Of a stretch of DNA of 37,758 bases, positions 32,470 to 37,758 are shown piece after piece. Origin of the DNA: Eubacteriales bacterium. Lineage in GTDB: Bacteria > Bacillota > Clostridia > Oscillospirales > CAG-272. The notes beneath the pieces are model-generated. The model saw nothing but the letters and a program-made list of their open reading frames with translations, was not told the DNA's origin and ran no database searches. The stretch is taken from NCBI GenBank assembly GCA_045632325.1, contig JAZQWK010000335.1:1-37758 (forward strand), in the 5' to 3' direction. Each line of letters opens with the position of its first letter. Within the stretch, counting starts at the first letter, position 1. The position numbers and the translations under genes are program-made.

Positions 32470-32629
32470 TACTTTTTCAAAAAATAGTTTGAATTTTTTT
32501 TAATTTTTTTGTTTTCCGAATGCCGAGGGCTGTCGATCTGCAGCTTATACCGCTTGATTTGGTAGACGGTGATTTGCGTTTTACACATTTTTACAGACGG
32601 GGAAAGTTCAGATTCCTTGCAAATTTGTC

Positions 32630-32658
32630 TTGCATTATTCATAATTATGTGATATAAT
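32630..32658 (+). promoter_or_regulatory. candidate promoter for galE
   Basis: TTGCAT (32630-32635), a 17-nt spacer, then TATAAT (32653-32658). Confidence 0.55.
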
Positions 32659-32716
32659 AAATGATGATAAACCAAAATCAAGGTCAGATGACCAACACAT
32701 AAAGGAGATAACAATT

Positions 32717-33715
32717 ATGGCAGTTCTGATTACCGGCGGCGCGGGCTTTATCGGCACGCATACCTGCGTTGAGCTTCTGAATGCAGGTGAAGAAATTGTT
32801 GTATTTGACAACTTCGCAAACTCCAAGATGAGCGCGGTTGAAAACGTCAAGAAGATCACGGGCAAGGATTTCCCGTTCTATGAAGCAGACATGCTCGACC
32901 GTGACGCAATGGAGAAGATCTTCTCCGAAAACAAGATTGACGAGGTCATTCACTTCGCAGGTCTGAAGGCTGTCGGCGAAAGTGTCGAAAAGCCGATGGA
33001 ATACTATCACAACAACATCACGGGTACGCTGATTCTGACGGAAACCATGCGCAAGTACGGCTGCAAGAAGATCGTCTTCTCCTCCTCCGCAACCGTTTAC
33101 GGCTCTCCCAAGTCTCTGCCGATCATGGAAGATTTCCCGCTGTCCACGACCAACCCCTACGGCTCTACCAAGCTGATGATCGAGCAGATCCTGCGCGACA
33201 TCTATGTTTCCGACAAGGAATGGTCCATCGCGCTGCTCCGTTACTTCAACCCGACCGGCGCACATGAAAGCGGTCTGATCGGTGAAGATCCCAACGGTAT
33301 CCCGAACAACCTGATGCCGCGTCTGATCAAGGTTGCAACCGGTCAGATGGAAGCAATGACCGTTTACGGCAACGACTATCCGACCAAGGACGGTACGGGT
33401 GTCCGCGACTATATCCACGTTGTAGACCTGGCACAGGGTCACCTGGCTGCCATCAACTGGGTTCGCAATCACACCGAATGTGACGCGTTCAACCTCGGTA
33501 CCGGTACCGGCTACTCCGTTCTTGATCTGATCCATTCTCTGGAAGCGGTTTCCGGCAAGAAGATGGCGATCACTTACACGCCCAGACGTGCAGGCGATAT
33601 CGCAGCTTGCTATGCAGACCCGACCAAAGCAAAGACGATCCTCGGCTGGGAAGCGAAGCTCGGCGTGGAAAAGATGTGCGAAGACGCGTGGAACTACGCG
33701 ATCAAGCATCAGTAA
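32717..33715 (+). CDS. galE: UDP-glucose 4-epimerase
   Basis: RBS AAAGGAG. Motifs are MAVLITGGAGFIGTH (NAD-binding GxxGxxG), SSSATVYG and PYGSTK (YxxxK). The protein is 332 aa. Confidence 0.92.
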   Translation: MAVLITGGAGFIGTHTCVELLNAGEEIVVFDNFANSKMSAVENVKKITGKDFPFYEADMLDRDAMEKIFSENKIDEVIHFAGLKAVGESVEKPMEYYHNNITGTLILTETMRKYGCKKIVFSSSATVYGSPKSLPIMEDFPLSTTNPYGSTKLMIEQILRDIYVSDKEWSIALLRYFNPTGAHESGLIGEDPNGIPNNLMPRLIKVATGQMEAMTVYGNDYPTKDGTGVRDYIHVVDLAQGHLAAINWVRNHTECDAFNLGTGTGYSVLDLIHSLEAVSGKKMAITYTPRRAGDIAACYADPTKAKTILGWEAKLGVEKMCEDAWNYAIKHQ

Positions 33716-33783
33716 ACAAATTGACAATCAGAGAGGACTGTCTGTGCATGCATGACGGTCCTCTGTGCCGTTTATATATAATT

Positions 33784-35244
33784 ATGAAGAAAACATTTAC
33801 GACCCGTATGCCGGATCGCGGCGGTGCGTTTTATCTTGCGAGCCGCAGAATTACCGATCTCGGTCTGAATATCACCCGTGTATCCTACAACAAAGCTGTC
33901 GATACCCATACCCTGTTCCTGGAAGTGGAAGGAGAGCCTGACGTTCTTGTCCGTGCAGAGCAGGCACTGCGGGATCTCGGTTATCTGAATGACGATGCCG
34001 CCATCGGTCATGTCATGCTGATGGAATTTATGCTCCGCGACGAAGTGGGAACACTGCTGCCTGTACTCGAACTCATCGACAGCTTTCATTTCAACATTTC
34101 CTATATCAGTGCGCAGTCGGACGGAAGTCCCATGCAGTCCTTCAAAATCGGTCTGTATGTTGAGAACCAGAGCGAGATGTCGCTGTTCATGCACCGTGCG
34201 GCAATGCTGTGTGATGTGCATGTACTGGAATATGACAAGAGCCAGAAGATTCTTGACAATACGGTCTTTTATCTGTCATTTGCAAACGAGATTTCCGAAA
34301 AGCTGGATCTCACGCACGACGAAAAACAGGAGTTGATCGTCAATGCCAATCAGATCATGCAGAATCTCGATGACCGTGGGGCTGCCGACGGAACGCCGCT
34401 GAAGACCTTTGAATATATTGGCAAATTTGCGGAAATTCTGTCGCGCTCCGGCGGTGATGCTTATGTGCCGCGTATGACACGGTTGACGACGGAGGGCGGA
34501 ATTTCGGGTCTGCTTATTGAGCCGCCGTGCGGAAGTAATACCTGTGTGTTTTGGAATGAGGATGCCGTGCTTGCGGTCGATACCGGGTTTACCTGCTATC
34601 GTGAGGAATTGTCTGCCATCCTGCACGAATATGTACCGGGTTATGCCGAAAAAGAAAAAATACTGTTCTTAACGCATCCCGATGTGGATCACACCGGATC
34701 AATGGACCTGTTTGACCGGGTTTATCTTTCCCGTACCGCGGTGGAGCATTTTGAAAAAGAACGCGCGGCTGTTCCCGCATGCCGTGAAGACAATCCTCTG
34801 CATGCGCCGTATGTCCGCATCTGTAAGGTGCTTTCGCGCTACTGTCCGCCGGAACGGATTCAGATGATCCCCATCGAACCGGAGGATACCTGTCCCGTGT
34901 TCAAGCATCCTGCAGACAACAGTCTGACACCGGCAGGACGGATTGATGTGCTGGGGATGCAGTTTGAGGTCTATCTCGGCTGCGGCGGTCATGCGCCCGG
35001 AGAGGTCGTTTTCATCTGCCGCGAACACCGCATCGTATTCTCCGGGGATATCTTCGTGAATATCAAGGGCTTTACCAAAGCACAGGCGCGCTTCAATGCG
35101 CTTGCTCCGTATCTGATGACGTCGGTCGATACCGCTCCCGCAGTTGCCGCAAAACAGCGCGAGGATATGTTTGCGCTCCTTGACAGCGGCGATTGGACGG
35201 TGCTTTGCGGTCACGGCGCACCGTATACGTATCATAAACCTTGA
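33784..35244 (+). CDS. ACT-domain (x2) / metallo-beta-lactamase-fold hydrolase fusion protein
   Basis: Two N-terminal ACT-like units (GGAFYLASRRITDLGLNITRVSY and DEVGTLLPVLELIDSFHFNISYISA). The C-terminal MBL fold has LFLTHPDVDHTGS (an HxDxDH variant of HxHxDH) and a late CGHG. No good SD precedes ATG 33784. An alternative start, ATG 33748, has GAGAGGA 10 nt upstream. Confidence 0.7.
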   Translation: MKKTFTTRMPDRGGAFYLASRRITDLGLNITRVSYNKAVDTHTLFLEVEGEPDVLVRAEQALRDLGYLNDDAAIGHVMLMEFMLRDEVGTLLPVLELIDSFHFNISYISAQSDGSPMQSFKIGLYVENQSEMSLFMHRAAMLCDVHVLEYDKSQKILDNTVFYLSFANEISEKLDLTHDEKQELIVNANQIMQNLDDRGAADGTPLKTFEYIGKFAEILSRSGGDAYVPRMTRLTTEGGISGLLIEPPCGSNTCVFWNEDAVLAVDTGFTCYREELSAILHEYVPGYAEKEKILFLTHPDVDHTGSMDLFDRVYLSRTAVEHFEKERAAVPACREDNPLHAPYVRICKVLSRYCPPERIQMIPIEPEDTCPVFKHPADNSLTPAGRIDVLGMQFEVYLGCGGHAPGEVVFICREHRIVFSGDIFVNIKGFTKAQARFNALAPYLMTSVDTAPAVAAKQREDMFALLDSGDWTVLCGHGAPYTYHKP

Positions 35245-35264
35245 TTTTGAAAGGATTTCGTTTC

Positions 35265-37175
35265 ATGTCCTCAAAGCAACCCTCTTTTTCCTCTTTTCCG
35301 CGCCGTGCAGTCGTACAGCTTCTTTTGGAACTGCTTCTTCCGCTCGTTCTGTTTGCTGCAAAGCTGTTTGCACTGAACACGGGGATGCTGAAGCTTGGTA
35401 TATATACCCTGCCGATGCTCTGTTTCTCCTTTGTGACGGTCGGTATTCTGTGTCTTCTGATCCGACTGGTGTTCCGCCGCGACCATTTTCCGTTTTTTAT
35501 GGTGCTGTACGGAATTCTTTCGGTATTTATGCTGATCGATGCGGTCTACTGTGCCTATACCGGAAAGCTTCCGTCTGCGGTGATGCTGCAGTATCTCGGA
35601 CAGCTGGACGGCGTTTCGGACGCCATCTACGCCAACGTCACCTTTGCACGGCTGCTGTATGCCATTGACGTTCCTCTTTGGATCTTGTACGCCGTATATT
35701 GCCGTAAAACATGGTTCGGCGCCGTGGAAGCGGGCAGCTTACGTATGCAAAAGAACGTGATTTTGTCGGCTGTTACGGCTTTGAGCCTTGTGATCTGTGT
35801 CGGATACTGTGTGTTCACACCGTTTGTGCCGTCTTATTTCAAAAGTGAAATTCTGACCTACCACGTGACGGATATCCTGTCACAGCTTCTGCCGGGCATC
35901 GGCGGAGCGTCGTCTATGCCCGTTTGGCATGAGCAGGAGCCGGGAGGTGCTGACGCGGAGGATGATCCGTATCGCGGTATTGCCGCAGGACGGAACGTCA
36001 TTACGATCCAGGTGGAGGCACTGCAGAATTTCGTCATCGGTCTTGAATACGACGGTCAGGAGATCACGCCCAATCTCAACGCGCTGCTTACAGAGGATAC
36101 CCTATATTTTGACAACTACTATTATCAGGTCGGCGGCGGCAATACAGCGGACGCCGAGTTTGCGGTCAACAATTCGCTGTATGCGCCAGTGGACGAGGCT
36201 GCATATTCCCGCTACGCCGATAACGACTTTTACTCCATGGCGACGCTGCTCAAGGACAACGGCTGGACGAACGCGACGGCGTTCCATGGCTACGTAAACA
36301 CATTCTGGAACCGCAATGCTGCGTATCCCGGACAGGGATTTGACGCTTATCTGTCGGGCAGCGATTACTATGCCGAACCGAACGAGGTCGCCGGTATGGG
36401 TGTTTCGGACGGGGAATTTTTCGTCCGTGCGGTCGATTATCTGAAAGAGCAGAACGGTCCGTTCTATGCGTTTATGGTCACGCTGACCTCACATTATGCG
36501 TTTGAGCTTCCCGAACAGTACAACATGCTGACGCTTCGGGATGAGCACGTCGGCACGCTGTTTGGAAATTATCTGCAGTCGGTGCATTATTTTGACCATG
36601 CGGTCGGTATGCTGATCGATGCACTGAAAGCAGCCGACCTATACGATCATACGATTCTGACGTTCTACGGTGACCACTTCGGTCTTCCTGCTTACGATTG
36701 GCAATCCAAGATGCTTGTCGAGGAACTGATCGGCGCGGCATATACTTACGAATCTCACTTCAACGTCCCCTTGATGATCCACATTCCCGGCAGCGGCGTG
36801 ACGGAAACAAAATCCGTTGCGGGCGGACATATCGATGTCATGCCGACGCTTCTGCATCTGCTCGGACTGAAAAACGAAAAAGGCATTATGTTCGGCGAAA
36901 GTCTTCTGCGTCTGGAATCCAATGTCGTCTGTCAGCAGCAGCATTTGGGACGCGGTTCGTTTATCTCTGATGAAGTCTTTTTCCAGTTCCCGCTGTCCGG
37001 TGTTGCGCTCAACGCCGAAGCCAATGCCATCGGTACGTGGGACGTACTGAACGCTGCAGACTACATCGAACAATCCAAAGCCGCAAAAGAAGAAATTGAG
37101 CAGTGTATGTACCTGCTTGACAATAATCTGGTATTGATCGATGCCTACCGTGCAGCGACGGTCGGCGAGCAATAA
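35265..37175 (+). CDS. LTA-synthase (LtaS) family sulfatase-fold membrane protein
   Basis: GAAAGGA lies 9 nt before ATG 35265. An N-terminal block of about 5 TM helices is followed by an extracellular domain with ITIQVEALQNF, TPNLNAL, TLTSHYAF and HIDVMPTLLHLLG. Confidence 0.85.
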   Translation: MSSKQPSFSSFPRRAVVQLLLELLLPLVLFAAKLFALNTGMLKLGIYTLPMLCFSFVTVGILCLLIRLVFRRDHFPFFMVLYGILSVFMLIDAVYCAYTGKLPSAVMLQYLGQLDGVSDAIYANVTFARLLYAIDVPLWILYAVYCRKTWFGAVEAGSLRMQKNVILSAVTALSLVICVGYCVFTPFVPSYFKSEILTYHVTDILSQLLPGIGGASSMPVWHEQEPGGADAEDDPYRGIAAGRNVITIQVEALQNFVIGLEYDGQEITPNLNALLTEDTLYFDNYYYQVGGGNTADAEFAVNNSLYAPVDEAAYSRYADNDFYSMATLLKDNGWTNATAFHGYVNTFWNRNAAYPGQGFDAYLSGSDYYAEPNEVAGMGVSDGEFFVRAVDYLKEQNGPFYAFMVTLTSHYAFELPEQYNMLTLRDEHVGTLFGNYLQSVHYFDHAVGMLIDALKAADLYDHTILTFYGDHFGLPAYDWQSKMLVEELIGAAYTYESHFNVPLMIHIPGSGVTETKSVAGGHIDVMPTLLHLLGLKNEKGIMFGESLLRLESNVVCQQQHLGRGSFISDEVFFQFPLSGVALNAEANAIGTWDVLNAADYIEQSKAAKEEIEQCMYLLDNNLVLIDAYRAATVGEQ

Positions 37176-37203
37176 TCATATCATTTGAGAAAGGATTTTG
37201 ACC

Positions 37204-37758
37204 ATGAAAAAAACAGTATTTCTCGGCGACTCCATTCTTCTGCAGGGCTACGGCACGGTGATTGAGGACCGTCTTGCCGACGTCTGTACCTGCTGGCAGC
37301 CGCCGCGCAACGGATGCTTTACCGCAAATACGCTCCGTCTGATCCACGACTGCAGAAAGCAGATCGAGGGTGCGGACGTCATTCACTTCAACAACGGTCT
37401 GTGGGATGCCTGCCATCTGTTTGACGATTTGTACGACGACGACATTTTCACACCCGACGAGGACTACGTCAAAGCCGTCTGCCGTCTGGCGCGAATTCTC
37501 TCTCACATGGGCAAGACCGTCATTTTCGCAACGACCACGCCTGTCTGGGATCATCCTGAAATCGTCAATGAAGAAGTCATCGCGCGCAATGCGCTGGTGG
37601 TTCCGGAGCTTCAGAAGATGGGTGTTCTCATCAATGACCTGCACAGCCTGATCTGGCCGCGCTACAAGGAATTCATCCGCGAGGATGACCATATTCACCT
37701 GACCGATTCCGGTATTGCCGTCGCCGCCGCACAGACAGAAGCCATTGTACGCGCCAAT
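37204..37758 (+). CDS. SGNH/GDSL-family hydrolase, 3' end cut by window edge
   Basis: It is absent from the ORF track because there is no stop in the window. I read the frame by hand: MKKTVFLGDSILLQGYG (block I, GDS), HFNNGLWD (block III), DHIHLT (block V, DxxH). The frame is open to base 37758. The 37009-37698 minus-strand ORF is its shadow. Confidence 0.8.
   Translation, partial: MKKTVFLGDSILLQGYGTVIEDRLADVCTCWQPPRNGCFTANTLRLIHDCRKQIEGADVIHFNNGLWDACHLFDDLYDDDIFTPDEDYVKAVCRLARILSHMGKTVIFATTTPVWDHPEIVNEEVIARNALVVPELQKMGVLINDLHSLIWPRYKEFIREDDHIHLTDSGIAVAAAQTEAIVRAN

Noticed and set aside
32684-33727. 347-aa ORF antisense to galE, and 37009-37698 antisense to the SGNH gene
   Set aside because: Both are shadow frames opposite genes with textbook motifs (GxxGxxG and YxxxK for galE; GDS and DxxH for the SGNH gene).
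1-37758. CRISPR arrays, IS elements, integrases, restriction-modification, toxin-antitoxin or other canonical defence genes, and riboswitches or T-boxes in the cysK, putP, azlC and galE leaders
   Set aside because: I scanned the intergenic regions and all ORF-track frames. There are no spaced repeat arrays and no transposase, recombinase or nuclease-like translations. The leaders are short (30-100 nt) and lack motifs I can recognise. The absence of RNA elements cannot be proven without covariance-model searches.

Overview
This is a GC-rich chromosomal segment, roughly 55-60% GC by eye, that looks Gram-positive and Clostridia-like. Supporting signs are AGGAGG-type ribosome-binding sites, near-consensus TTGACA-17-TATAAT promoters in front of almost every operon, lipoprotein solute-binding proteins (SBPs), an LtaS-family enzyme and several XRE regulators with the QA(V/I)S(K/R)WE motif. 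I can support about 31 protein genes and 4 tRNAs, plus a set of promoters and terminators.

Gene content, left to right:
- The 3' part of glyQS.
- A carbohydrate or nucleoside-type accessory region. It holds three paralogous lipoprotein SBPs, two IUNH-family nucleoside-hydrolase-like genes and four large cytoplasmic glycosidase-like genes (one GH78-like, one GH106-like).
- In the same stretch: an aldo/keto reductase (AKR), a PHP phosphoesterase, a SAM methyltransferase, a SulP transporter, a 2-hydroxyacid dehydrogenase, a PutP-like symporter and AzlCD.
- cysK, then an XRE plus small-membrane-protein pair, and a cyclase plus C39-like peptidase pair.
- An XRE regulator with a helical-repeat domain.
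- Two convergent tRNA operons (Thr-Tyr and Met-Glu) bracketing an AT-rich islet.
- A cell-envelope cluster: galE, an ACT-MBL hydrolase, an LtaS-like enzyme and an SGNH hydrolase.

I see no CRISPR array, transposase, integrase, reverse transcriptase or recognisable defence gene in any frame.

The best candidates for something undescribed are hypotheses, not demonstrated systems:
1. A repeated module of orphan SBP, IUNH-like hydrolase and large intracellular glycosidase-like protein, with no ABC permease or ATPase anywhere in the window.
2. A 1.4-kb AT-rich islet flanked by 64-bp direct repeats, sitting between the convergent tRNA operons. Its only clear gene is an XRE/zinc-ribbon regulator.
3. 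A GH106-like gene interrupted by the only TAG among the 30 stop codons I could read here, with the transcription terminator placed after the downstream in-frame piece.

All family assignments come from motif recognition by eye. No database search was run. The many long ORFs antisense to these genes are GC-driven shadow frames, and I rejected them.
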